In this document: positions 63,878 to 64,000 of the stretch, piece after piece
How the letters are laid out: each line of letters starts with the position of its first letter
How positions within the stretch are numbered: position 1 is the first letter of the stretch
NCBI GenBank assembly: GCA_025786725.1
Contig: JAHLTZ010000024.1
Span: 379,509 to 443,508, forward strand
Length of the DNA: 64,000 nucleotides
From: Syncephalis fuscata S228
Lineage: Eukaryota > Fungi > Zoopagomycota
Direction: 5' to 3'
Program-made: the position numbers and the translations under genes
Notes under the pieces: model-generated
The model's input: only the letters and a program-made list of their open reading frames with translations
Told to the model about the DNA's origin: nothing
Databases searched by the model: none

Positions 63878-64000
63878 TTATACTATAGGCCAAAATATCG
63901 AATATTAATTGATTTTATTTTATCAAACTGATATAGCCATTTAAATATTGATTTGTTTTAGTAAAGATATTAAGCATAGCAATATATTGTATCATGAATA

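Overview
AT-rich eukaryotic genomic DNA with short GT-AG introns carrying CTAAY-type branch sites, most consistent with an early-diverging (zygomycete-grade) fungus. A Zoopagomycota mycoparasite such as Syncephalis is plausible, but this is inference only. About 20 protein genes are recognisable: MPP beta subunit, DsbA/FrnE-like oxidoreductase, PPR membrane protein, acidic low-complexity protein, Ydj1-type Hsp40, LAT/APC amino-acid permease, adenylosuccinate synthetase, a 7TM protein, a 7TM-RGS fusion, a stand-alone kexin-type S8 pro-domain, a proteinase-K-family subtilisin, two divergent paralogous GPCRs, a BRAT1-like protein, an HHW-motif membrane protein, a Cu P1B-ATPase, small secreted proteins and a CorA Mg transporter. 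Many conserved genes carry single-base frameshifts that look like long-read consensus errors rather than pseudogenisation. The most striking non-coding structure is a ~1.47 kb near-perfect inverted repeat (5159-6631 / 9029-10503). It begins exactly at the stop codons of two convergent genes and encloses a 2.4 kb segment holding a small secreted-peptide gene and a dispersed 835-bp repeat. Each arm contains a MITE/foldback-like element, with a third copy at ~54.5-55.4 kb. A decayed inverted paralog of a Cys-rich secreted peptide lies at ~60.05 kb. No tRNA, rRNA or CRISPR array was recognised.
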